In this document: positions 1-12,399 of the stretch, piece by piece | Layout of the letters: every line of letters begins with the position of its first letter | How positions within the stretch are numbered: the first letter of the stretch is position 1 | Assembly: GCA_002104945.1 (NCBI GenBank) | Contig: MCFH01000053.1 | Coordinates: forward strand, 124,001-188,000 | Direction: 5' to 3' | Source of the DNA: Piromyces finnis finn | Lineage: Eukaryota; Fungi; Neocallimastigomycota | DNA: 64,000 nt | Program-made: the position numbers and the translations under genes | Notes under the pieces: generated by a model | Told to the model about the DNA's origin: nothing | Database searches by the model: none | What the model saw: the letters and a program-made list of their open reading frames with translations, nothing else

Positions 1-112
1 ATATAATTATTTAAAAGAATAATTGAAATATCATATTAAATTTCAAGACAATTAATTTTTTTTTTTTTTTGATAATTTGCTTTTTCTTTAATTTTGTTTT
101 AATGATTAATAG

Positions 113-437
113 ACATAATGCTTCTCTTGTTACTTACGGTGGTATGTCCAAGCAACCACTTACTTTTGGTACTGGACCATTTATTTTTAAAAACTTAAAA
201 GCCTGTGGTTTCTGGAACTCTCGCTGGAATAAGGAAGCTTCAAAGAAGGATAAGCAATATATGTTTGATGATCTTTGTGAACTTATTCGTGGAGGTTATT
301 TAGCTGAACCATGGCATGATGAAACTAAGTGGGAACTTAGTGATGATAACAAAACTTTAAACAGAAAATTCATGAAAGCACTTAGCAAAGCAGGAGCTAG
401 CTTCGGTAACAAGAAACAAATCTTAACTTTCGAATAA
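113..437 (+). CDS. Last exon of a trans-2-enoyl-CoA/2-enoyl-thioester reductase (MECR/ETR1-like, MDR family); upstream exons lie outside the window
   Basis: Acceptor TAATAG at 107-112, then an open frame to TAA 435-437 encoding LVTYGGMSKQPL...FIFKNLKACGFW...GNKKQILTF. This matches the MECR/Etr1 C-terminal VTYGGM...FIF...GFW pattern. Confidence 0.75.
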
Positions 438-889
438 ATTATATATTTAAATAAAAATTTAAAAACGAAAAAATTAAAAATTATTAATAAGCATAAAAAT
501 CAATTTATATAATATGATTTATTAAAATAATCATGTTTAAATATTCAATTTTATATTTATTTTAAAATAAGCAAGTTATTTTTTAATTTTTAAAAAAAAA
601 AAAAAAAAAATATATATGATGATATAAATAATAGTTTTCAATTTATCCATTTTATAACACTTTATAATGAGTAATGAATAATAAATTAATATAACATAAT
701 AATATGTATGTAAATTTAATTTTTATTTAAAATAAATTAAATAAATTAAATAAATTTTATTAAATTTAAAGGTTAGAATATAAATGATGAACGTATAACC
801 TAATCTTTAATAATATAGACATTGTCTATTTAATTACATTTATTTTTTCAATAAGAATGTTAAGCAAGATATTAAAATATTTATATATA

Positions 890-1200
890 AGATGTTCCTA
901 AAGACATTTGAATGAACAGCTTTATAGTTCATCGGGGTCTCATGTTCCATATGTAGAAGGTCTCACAGCTTTTCTTACTAAAACAATCCCTATCATTAGT
1001 AGCTCAATGAAACTCCTTTTTTATAGGTTAATAAGATATCTAACGTAGTCAAGAGTGCCGACGTCGTACCAATATGACAAAGGAACATTCCTAATGTTTT
1101 GTACACAGGGTTCAATGTTAGTATTTCTTCGAATGAAACCATTATGAACTCATAGGAGAGTTTAATAACCATCACACTATTATACTTGATACTCTCTTTT
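890..1200 (+). mobile_element. 5'-truncated, degenerate 3' fragment of a LINE related to, but distinct from, the element at 12650
   Basis: Frame 902-1048 reads SHVPYVEGLTAFLTKTIPIISSSMKLLFYRL. It aligns without gaps to the 1496-aa ORF C-terminus EGTPFLTVTAELLTKIMPFVIGQQWSMFKRF (P, LTK, P, F.R conserved). GC content is above the flanks, and a TATTATACT motif also occurs in the big LINE 3' end. Confidence 0.55.
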
Positions 1201-3303
1201 TATTTTATTTAATTTATTAGGTAGGGACTAATCACATATAGTATGAATTGCAGAGTTCATTGAACTTTTATGCAACTTAAATAATTATTTTATATTATTT
1301 TATATTTATATTTTTATTTATTATTTATTATATCAATATGTATTATCACCTAATATTATGTAATATCACAAATTAAATAAATAAATAAAAGATGTGTATT
1401 CTTTCCTAGTCTAAAAAAAAAAAAGAGATGTTCCTGTGTAAAATATTAAATAAAATAGTATTCTCAACAACAATTTCATAATCACTATTATACTCTTGGT
1501 TTTATTCATTTATTTATTTGAAGAAAAAATTAAAAATAAATATTAATAAACATATTAAGTTTTTATTATTTATTTTAATATTCATAAAAATTATAGAAAC
1601 AAAGAAGAAACATCATAAAATTTATATACAAAACAGCATTAAACCATTAATCTTTACTGCAAAAACTCTCTATATATAATTATATAATAATTAATTATTA
1701 TATGTATGTAAAATTTAGAAGATAAGTCTAAATCATGATTGGGTTAGAAGAATAAGAATTGTGGCGCTTATTGGTTAAATATTAAAATAATTGTGTAACC
1801 TGAAAACATATTGAAAAATTGAAATAATAAACAAAAAAAAAATTAAAATTTTATTATTATATTTTATTCTTTTAATATTAGTAAAAAAAGAGTATTATTA
1901 ATATTAATATATAAATATAATATTAATAGTAGTTTTATTATTATGTTATTTTACTAAATATCGTTTTATTTACAATAACTATTTAAAAATATTTTTTTAA
2001 TATTTATTATTAATTTTTTAATGCAATATTTTTTTTTATAAAAATAAATATTTCCATTTTCAATAATTAAAAAAAATTAATATTAATATTAAAATTTTTA
2101 TTTTTTAATCTATTTATAATAAAACTAGCTTTTAAACGTTTTTAATTCAAACAAAAAAAAGTAGGTTCAAAATAATTATATATATAATATAATGAAAATA
2201 TTTATGTATATATTAATATATATAGTTTTTTATGTATAATCAAATTATAAATATTAATATATTAAAATATACAATACATATATATGTTTATGTATTATTT
2301 ATACAATTTATGTATATATTAATTATATACATTGTATAAATAATATTTATTCAATATATATACATACATTCTTTTATTTTAAGGTATTTTTTTGTAAATA
2401 TATTACATGAAAATTTTATATTTTATCTATTACATTTATTTTTCATAATAAAAAATATTTAATTATAAAATATATTATATATAATATAATAATATATATT
2501 AAATTATTAAATTATAAATTTTCTTTTTTATTACAAAATAAAAATTATTATTTATTCTTCCTTAACAAATAGTTATAATAAAGTAAACATCAAAAATAAA
2601 TTATAATATTATTCTAAAAAGGAAACGAAATTGTAAAGAATTATTTTTAAAATGTTTTAACTATTATATATATAGTAGAAAGAGGGGAAAACAACATTTA
2701 ATATTGTTCAATTATCAAAAATTAAATAAACCTTTGTTTATTCAAACTTTAAAAATTATTTTTTTTGTTTATAATATCAGTTAAAAAATAAAAGTAATCA
2801 ATCAATAAAAGAGTATTATATATATAAATAAAAAGAATAATTTAATTTCAATATAACACTAAAGTAAAATGTTATAATATTGGAATAATTTATAAGTATT
2901 TAAATTCAATAAAATATAATCAATCAATTAGATAATCAGTAAATCAATCAATCAAAAATAAATAAATAAATAAAAATTGGAAGCATTAATCAAAATTTAG
3001 AAATAATATTTTTAATTTGATTTCTTATTTTAGTATCTAGAAAATAAAAAAATAATCAATATTAACTTACACATAAAACTAACTTATTTTTTATTTATAT
3101 TTTCATACTTCATAAAATTATTTAAATTTTAAATTTAAACATTGTAATTTAAAACAAATATCGAAAAAATAAACAAACCGGGATTACAAATTCAATAACA
3201 TATTAAAATAACAACACAACAATAAATAATATATATAATTAATAATATATCAAAAATAAATAAAAATTTAGTTTTTAAATTATACTTACAAAATTAATAA
3301 AAA

Positions 3304-5376
3304 ATGGTAATTTTTTTTATTAAATAATAATTTCTAAATAAACTTGTAATTAATTTATTATTAAAAAAAATTAAATAAACCAATATATATAATAGGCTGT
3401 TATTAGACGAAAGAATGTTAAAAAGGGTTTAAGTTTCACTCTCATGAGTGTTGGTTTGTATAATACTTTTTAACATTTTTACTTTAATAAAATGAATGTG
3501 TTTTTTGAATAATGAATTTAATTTAATAAATTATTATTTATTAATATAGGAGCATCTGGTCTTGGTAAGTCCACTTTCATTAATGCTTTATGTGAATCTG
3601 CTGTTTTTGATAAGAAAGATTATTCAAACCCAGAACAAGCTGCTGTTGAAAAAACTGTTGAAATTACTCCAATCACTGTTGATTTAGAAGAAGACGGTAT
3701 TAAATTATCTTTAACTATTATTGATACTCCAGGATTTGGTGATAATATTAACAATGAAAGATGGTAATAATATATTATTAAGTATTAATTAAAAATATAT
3801 TTTGAAAAGTTAATATTTATTAAAGCTTTTCTTTCCTTCCATGCTTTTGTATATTTATGAATACATTATGTTATTATATATATTTTAATTAGCTTCAATG
3901 ATATTTTAAATTATATTGAAGCTCAATATGATTATGTTGTATCAGAAGAATCAAGAATTAGACGTAATCCAAAATACCAAGTAAATACTTATATTATAAA
4001 GGAATTATTAAAATATTTAAATCAAAAAAAAAAAAAATTATGGAAATAATAAGCGAATTAATAAATGACGCATATATATTATTTTAAAAGGATAACCGTG
4101 TCCATGCTTGTATATATTTCATTCCACCAACTGGTCATGCGTAAATATATGAATATATGAATTACAATTTATTTTTAAATTGCTTATAAATTTTTAATAA
4201 TTATTGATATAATTAATTAAATGTCTTTTTTTTTTTTTTTTATATATATATAAAAGTCTTCGTGAATTAGATATTGAATTCATGAGACGTTTAGGATCTC
4301 GTGTTAATGTTATTCCAGTTATTGCTAAAGCTGATTCTCTTTCCCCAGCTGAATTAGTTGATTTTAAAAAAAGAGTAAATTTATTGAATATATGAATTTA
4401 ATAATAATTAATGAAAAGGAATAATTTTATTGATTTTAATTATTATAGGTAATGGAAGATATTGAATATTACAAGATTCCAATTTACAATTTCCCATACG
4501 ATGATGAAATTGATGATGATGAAACTATTGAAGAAAATAATGAACTTAGAGTAATGATAATATAATTTATAATTAATTTAATTATATGAAAATTATTTAT
4601 AATAATAACATCATTAATGATAAAAATAATAACAATAGGCTTTATTACCATTTGCTGTAGTTGGTAGTGATGATGAAGTTATAATAAATGGTCGTAGAGT
4701 TAGATGTCGTCAATATCCATGGGGTGTTGTTGAAAGTATATATTACATTAAATTGTATTTAATAGTTTAATGTTATTTATATATTTAAAGATTATATTAA
4801 AAAAAATTTTTTTTTGTTAATATTATTTAAAAGTTGATAATGTTAAACACTGCGATTTTTCAAAATTAAGATATATGTTATTAAGGTAAAAATAAAGTAC
4901 TTTAAATTTCAAATAAAACATATATTACTAGTTATTAATTTTTATTTATTTAAATATAATAAATTAATAATTTAAAATGTTAGTTCTCACCTTCAAGACT
5001 TAAAGGAAATTACTCATGATATTCTTTACGAACAATATCGTACTGAAAAGCTTTCCCGTGAAGGTGTTGTAGATTTAGATAGGTCAGTAAAATAATTAAG
5101 ATAAGATAAAATAGATAACAAAAGAAAGTTTAAAAAAAAAAATAAATAATAAAAAAATGATATTAAATAATTTTATAATTCAATTTTCAAAATAGTGATC
5201 TTCCAGAAAACAGATTAAAGGAAGAACAACTTAGAAGAGAAGAAGAAAGACTTCGTGAAAGAGAACTTAAGGTTAGAGCAGAACTTACTGCTAGACAAAA
5301 TGAATTACTTGCTAAAGAAGAAGCTCTTAAGAACTTAGAAGCTAAATTATCATCACAAAACAATATTAACAATTAA
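3304..5376 (+). CDS. CDC11: Septin, Cdc11/AspA type; multi-exon, first exon probably ATG only (3304-3306)
   Basis: Spliced translation: [29 protein letters not shown] (P-loop), [49 protein letters not shown] and a C-terminal coiled coil [18 protein letters not shown]; stop TAA 5374-5376. The subfamily call is less certain than the septin call. Confidence 0.9.
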
Positions 5377-5709
5377 ATTAAATAATTTTAGAGTATTCAT
5401 TATTTTTTTTATTTTAATCAAATGCAAAATAATTATATAAATTAAAAAATTAGCTAAAACTCAGTAAGAATGTAGTAAAATTGCATTCTAAACAATATTT
5501 ATTTTTATTCTAATTTTTTAATTAATGTAAAATTATTTTAAATTATATAGAAAAGAATTTTTTTTAAAAAGAAAAAATATTAACAGAAAGAGTAAAAATT
5601 ATAAATTTCATTTTTTAGATTTTATTATTTCTTATATAATATATATTATAATTTTAAAGCATAAAATAAGTTATAATTATTAAATAAGTAAAAACGAAAA
5701 CAGAAATAA

Positions 5710-5712
<3 letters not shown>

Positions 5713-5751
<39 letters not shown>
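5713..5751. repeat. (AAT)n microsatellite, about 13 units
   Basis: Direct reading of the sequence. Confidence 0.95.
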
Positions 5752-5753
<2 letters not shown>

Positions 5754-6239
5754 GATAATTAAGTAAATAGCAAAAACAAAACAAAAACAAAACAACCGAA
5801 CATTAAATAATTAAACAAAAATGAAATAAATTAAAATAAAATAATAATTCATTAAATGTAATAATGGAAAAATTTTATATAACAAATAAATAAATAAATA
5901 AATAAATAAAATATAAATATAAATATACTAATAATGATGATAATATTAATAAATACTTATAGTTTATTTTCTTTTTTATTTGTAAAAATTTCATAACATT
6001 TTAACTATTTATTGTTTTTTATTTAAAAAATTATATTCTAATATATTAATTATTAAAATAAAGTTTTTAAAATCAAAACATAGTATAAAATATAAAAAAT
6101 TACTTTTAAAGTTTATATTATAGGTATTTTCTAGTATTTATCATATTAAAACATTTTATTTCATTTTATTACACAAAAAATATTTATTTTTTCTCGAAGT
6201 AAAAATAATTTTAAAAATAATGAATTAAAAAAAAAAAAA

Positions 6240-6475
6240 ATGGATTACAATGATGATAATGAAATAGTAGCATCATCAACAACATTTCACATAGATTCAT
6301 CATTAGCAAATATATCTTCTCACTCAAATACGGAAAACAATAAAATTAATAATTATACTAATGATGATTATCAAGATAATAATGAAGATGAAAATAATTC
6401 TGGTATAAAAATACTTTGAAAAATGTTTTTTTTTTTTTTTTTTTTTCATTATTTTTTATTATTCTAATTTTATCC

Positions 6476-6507
<32 letters not shown>

Positions 6508-8148
6508 AATTATTAAAAATACAATTATATGCTAGAGCAATTATTGTTAAAGCATGGAAGAGATACTTAGATAGGAAAACATTTAAAATTTTAAAAAATT
6601 CTTTATATGAAATTGTAATTAAATTAAAATCATTTATAAATATATGTATTATATTATTATATTATATATATTTTTTTTTATTTCTAATTTTTTTTTTTTT
6701 TTTTTTTAAAAAAGAGGAAATTATGTACAGACGAAATATTAAGAAAATTAAATCCAAGAGAATCAGTATTATTTAATGATCCTTTGTCTCAAGGAAAGGT
6801 AATTATATAAATAATTGAAAATAATATAGATTATTTTTTTAAAAAAAAAATGTATATTAATAGTATATTAATTATTAATGATTAATAGATAAGATTTAGG
6901 TAATATATATATTAATAATAAAAATTACTTATGAATTACTTAAGAATAAAATTATAATTTTTTTTTTTTGTTTGTTTGTTTGTTTATTTTTATTTCTCAA
7001 AAGATTTGGAGGAGAAACTTTTCCACCATATATTTATTATAAAATTTATAGCAATGGACAAAATATTCATTATTTTAGTGGCTATAGAATTTTAAATAGT
7101 TTTTCAGATGTAATTTATTTTTTTTTTTATTATTATTATAATTATATATATTGAAATATAATAATAATTTATATTTTTTTATTTATAAGGCTTATCATGA
7201 TGCGTATAAATTAATGGGAAATAGAAATTTTGAAAAAGTAATAAATAAAGATAATGTTTGGAACAACAGTTGTGATATTTCAGATCCTTCTGATGTTACT
7301 AATAAAAAAGAATATATTCAAGTATAAAAAACTTAAAATATATAATAAAAAACATAATTAATATTATTTATATATATAATAAATTTATATATATAATAAT
7401 CGTTAAAATTCTTTTTTAAAAAATAAATATCATTTTATTAGTATATGAATTCAATGGATAAAAAACCAATATATTTAGGTGGAAGAAATAATGGATGGAG
7501 AGAATTGTCAACTTTATGTATAGTATTAATTAGCAATATAATATTATAATATTAATATAACTAAGTTATTTATAATTACCTAAAAAAAAAATTAAAATAA
7601 TTAGCGATATCTATTCCACTTTATGAGAAAGAAATTTGCAATATTTATGAAAGAAATAAAAACATATATTCTTCTGTGTCACTTAATAACAAAATCGCAA
7701 ATAGAAAAATAGCTGCAAAATCAAAAAATAAAATCAATGATAATAAAGAAGTGAAAAATAATAAGACAAAGAATAAAAGGTTTAAAAATCATATTTTTAT
7801 AATAACTTTATTTTATATTAAATATTTTTAATTCAAAAATTAGATGTGATAATATATTAAACATAATTATGTATATCATATATACTATCATATTAAAAGG
7901 AAAATTGTTAAGTTAATGAGTGAAAAAAGATCAAATCGTCAAAAACAAAAAGAAAGAATTAAAAAAATGCAACAAATGTATCAATTTGGAAAATATGAAA
8001 AAGAGGACAAGGATATTCATAATGAAAACAAAAATTTAGGTAAATATATTATGATTAGTTTCTATATGTAATAGTTATTTAAAAGTACTACATTAAAATA
8101 AAAGATTTGAATATTATACATTATTTAATAATCAAATGTATATATATA

Positions 8149-8183
<35 letters not shown>

Positions 8184-8409
8184 AGAAACAGAAGAAAATG
8201 AAGTAAGATTAACAGAAAATAATGATAGTTCTAGTAGTTACTGTTCATCTATTGAATCAGATTCTGAAAATGATGAAGATATTGATGAAAATAAAAGTTT
8301 TAATATTGATGATATTGAAAATGATGATTTCCATGATATTTATGAGTGGGCAAATGAATTATCATTTGAAAATTCATTTAATTGTGATTTTTCTAATATG
8401 AAAATATAA
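6240..8409 (+). CDS. Uncharacterised CXorf58/C11orf65(MFI)-like protein, multi-exon, with acidic C-terminal tail
   Basis: ATG 6240. Spliced segments ARAIIVKAWKRYLDRKTFKILKNSL, EILRKLNPRES, KIRFRFGGETFPPYIYYKIY..YFSG, DVTNKKEYIQY and GGRNNGWREL resemble the CXorf58 family as I recall it (RFRFRGETFPP, GGRNNSWRKL). Stop TAA 8407-8409. Confidence 0.65.
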
Positions 8410-8848
8410 ATTTTAATTAAATAATAAAAATAATATAAATAATATTTGAAAACTATCTAACCACAATTACAAAATAAAAAAAAAAAAATAAATTATTTTC
8501 ATGTTACACAAAAGATTGTAATAATAATGTAATAATAAATGATAAAAATAAACTGTTAACTAAATTTTTTTTTTTTTTTTTTTTGTTATTAACATTATAT
8601 GATAAAAATATATAATATGGATATATTTATTATATCAAATAAGTAATTTAGTTTAATTATTTTTTTGATTAAAAATATAGATTTGTAATATAAAAATTAT
8701 TTATAAATAATATTCTATACTACTATTATTAAATAATAAAACATATGTTTATATAGATAGAAAATAAATTTAAATTATATATACATGTTACATTCATATA
8801 CTACTATTTTTATAATAAATTTATGCTTATATTATTTCTAATTCTAAA

Positions 8849-10638
8849 TTACTGAACATCTTGTTGATAATTAGAGTTAGTTTTACAAGATGATTCAATT
8901 TGATTTACCTGACTTTCCAAATTTTTTCTATATTCAATAATTTCAGAATTTTCAATAACTGTTTCAACAATTGAAAAACAAAATAGAAATAGTAAAAATA
9001 TAATAATTCCTATTATCATATTAAAAACTGAGTAATGAACTGGAAATATTGATAAAAATGGAGATAAACATCCTGTTGATACCTGAATAATTGCAATTGA
9101 TACTGTTGTATTTTGCATTCCGCAATGGAAACATAATGATCGGCATTGAAAAGGATTCAATTTCATTAATTTAGCCAATGACCATCCTATTAAATAACCG
9201 AATATTGAAAGAACTATTGAAACAATATAGATTTCCCATTGACTAAATATTGTTGTTCCTATTTTTAATATTGACGATGACATGGATGCAAGAATAGCTA
9301 AACAAGCTGATAGTGACAATAATTTTGATCCATATAATGATATTGTTGGAAAATAATGAGCTACAATCCACCCAACTGATATGGGAATTAATTGTGTAAA
9401 TGAAGCTGATATTGTTTGCCAAAACTAAATTAATAATTATTAAAATAAAAATATATTTTATTAAAAATATTACTTTATAAATAATAATATCATTTTACTT
9501 ACAGGTATTAAACTACTGAGACTAATATTGTTAATGAAACTAGATACCATCATAATTAACGGATATGTTATTGTACCTTTAAAGTACAACATATTAAAAA
9601 ATATATATACATTAGTATATTTTTATTATATTTATTGTAAGATATTATTTAATATATAATATTTACTCAATAATGTCGATATTAAGCATAAGCAAATCGA
9701 TAAAGCTTTATCCCCACCTATATAATAGGCGAATATTATAGCATATAAAGAACCGGGACTACTAGCAATCATCATAACACTGTATGATTGAATATCATTT
9801 AACCGAAATAATTTTGTTAATCCAAATGCTATATAAAAATTGAATATAATCAAATATTAAAACCAGATATATATAATTTGGTAAACATTTTATATATATA
9901 ATATATTTGTTATAAAGATACCTATCAATGGAATAATAAGTGCTTGACATGAAAACACAAAAATAAATGGCATTGCTCTATTAACTTTTATCGATTTAAT
10001 AACAGTACCTTTTAATTATTTAAATATTATAGATATATGTATTAATTACTAAACTCTTAAATAATCTCTTTATATTTATTAATAGTTTTACTTAATGGTA
10101 ATCCTAATCCTACTGCAAATAAAACAAATACTGTAAAAGCTATAAGTAAAGAATCAAATAATTCTTTTTCTTTTCGAATAACATTTATTTCTATTGTTTT
10201 ATCTATTTCACTCTCACTATTATCATTAATTGCTTGAATATTTAAATGAAGTTTAGAAGTACCATAGTTTCGTCCATAAATTGTCATATTTTTATAAGTT
10301 CCATTTTGTACATATGTATTATCAATTATAATATTTTTAGGAATAATATCAAAATTATCTAAATTTTCTGAAATAAATGAAATATTTAATTTTGATGTTC
10401 CATATTCAAATTTAAATGAAAAATCTAATTCATCATCTTCTCCAACATATAGTTCATTATTAACTAAACATTCTGAGTCAATAGTTACATCTTTTTTTAG
10501 AGATATTAATTTTTCATATAATAATTAATATATAGAATAGAAATTGTAACAACGTCTAATTAATTAAATTTTAATATATTCAATAATTAATAAGATTGAT
10601 ATTATACACAAAGTAAAAAATTACAATACCATTTGCAT
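8849..10638 (-). CDS. Bile acid:sodium symporter family (SLC10/BASS, SBF) transporter with N-terminal extracellular domain; 5' end uncertain
   Basis: Spliced TM segments VLFAVGLGL, CQALIIPLIAF, IASSPGSLYAIIFAYYIGGDKALSICL and RSLCFHCGMQNTTVSIAII are typical SBF motifs. Stop at 8849-8851. The N-terminal exon does not join cleanly (see findings). Confidence 0.8.
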
Positions 10639-11879
10639 TTACGTAATAAAAAATGAGACCTTTATATTGAAAATATATATATATATTTTATTTGTCAATA
10701 ATTTTATATGATATATATTATTTATATATATTTAAAATACCATATATTATTATATAAATTATTAATTTTATAAAAGAATTGGTATTAAACATATGTGAAA
10801 TATAATAATCTTTTAAATAAAGATTTATAAAAAAAAAAAAAAAAAACACCTTGATATAATGGATTTTAATATTTATATATAATTTTATATAATATTTCAA
10901 ACTATAAAAATATTTGAAAATATTTCTATAAATCTATAAATACTTATTTTTCTTGTAATTTTATAATTATATTTATAATTAATTTCTAATAATAAAATTA
11001 AAAAATTAAAAAAAATATATTATTTTTGAATTTGATACATTATAATAAATACAATACATTATTGTAAAATGTATATTATTATATATATATTATTATAGAG
11101 TATTATGATTGGCTTAAAGTTCATTCATTAAAATAGTGAGAGAATTATATTTTATTAAAATATATATAAATAGTTAATGAATAAATTGAATTATCCTCAC
11201 ATTCATCTGTAGGTAAATTCTTACCTGAAAGATTTGCCAAAGAGCATTTCTTCAAGTAAATATGATGCAAAAAGGGTTGTTATATGAGTTTTTCATTGAT
11301 TAAAATAGCCCGTATATTAGAGGCCGCAACCCTCTTTTATACAACTGCTGATCTACCTAAAGATAAATGATTATTATTAATAATTAATTTAAAAATTTAT
11401 TTAAAATAAAAAATTGTAATAAATAATTGGAAGAAACAAATATAATATTTTGGGAGGTTGTTTAAAATAAATTTTTTCTTAAATAAATAAAATAATATTT
11501 TATTAAAATGCTAAATTAAAAAATTAATTAGTATATCAAAGCTTTTAAACCTTTTGAATAAGAATTTGATATGTTTGTTGTTGTATTTTGGTATATTCTT
11601 GAATATCAAGTTTTATGTAAAGTGTCATAAATATATTATATTTATGATAATTATTGTACAATAATTTAAATAATTTACAAATTAAAATATATAAAAAAAT
11701 TTCATATAAAAAGTATCATATATTATAGAATATGAGGATTAGGGTTTCAATTATTATATATATAAAATCTTATTTCTTACGAAAATAAAGGGTTAGTTAT
11801 TAGTGGCTTGTGTTTAATCTAACCTTTTTAAATATTTATAAAGAAAAAGTTAAATATAATTTATCTTATTAGTCTTAAA

Positions 11880-12360
11880 AAACCCTCTTGGGAACGTGCC
11901 TTCATTTATTTAATAAATGTAGTTTCTCAAGGGGGTCTACTCATGCTCATGGTACTGAGAGAGTAGAAAGAATTAAATCCAAGTATTGCGCAATGGATGC
12001 TTGGTTAGTCTTTAAGGGAAAATTATTAGGACTAAGCTCATGGTACTGAGCGATTAAAAAACATTTTATTCATCGAATTTAAGTATTTGATGAATAAATT
12101 GAATGTTTGATATTCAGGTAAGTTTGTATAGTATTTAATTAGAAGAGTAATACATTTTGTTGCTGTATTTTTTCTTTTATTCATGTATTCATGTAGTACT
12201 ACTCTTCTCTTGTAAGAATCCAATGTAGTCAACTTTAGCATTTGCATTGTATTTTTATATTCATGTAGCTATTGTTGTATTGTTCTTGTAAGAGACTGAT
12301 TCACTCTACATCATGTAAAAATACTATTCACAAGCTTTCTGGTGTCGACATTCTTGATTC
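11880..12360. other. GC-elevated, hairpin-rich repeat-like segment just upstream of the LINE; origin unresolved
   Basis: 15-bp direct repeat GCTCATGGTACTGAG at 11945-11959 and 12036-12050 enclosing two stem-loops, plus a degenerate tandem duplication at about 12150-12295. Confidence 0.35.
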
Positions 12361-12399
12361 AAATTTTTTACCAATTTAAATATTTAATGAAAAGTAAAG

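Noticed and set aside
5187-5372. Short antisense or alternate-frame ORFs (5187-, 13224+, 14291-, 15769-, 23859+, 26112-, 26679-, 27404-, 28555+, 32623+, 33457-, 41662+, 53173-, 53278+, 57074-, 58001-)
   Set aside because: They overlap well-supported genes in another frame or strand and are shadow ORFs.
11195-11235. Hammerhead ribozyme (stem AGGTAA/TTACCT followed by GAAA); also considered at 11900-11960
   Set aside because: The required CUGANGA core is not present (CUGUAGG here, GCAUGAG in the other).
12038-12247. 69-aa minus-strand ORF as a real gene
   Set aside because: It is built from a degenerate tandem duplication, has an in-frame stop just upstream and shows no recognisable motif; treated as repeat-derived.
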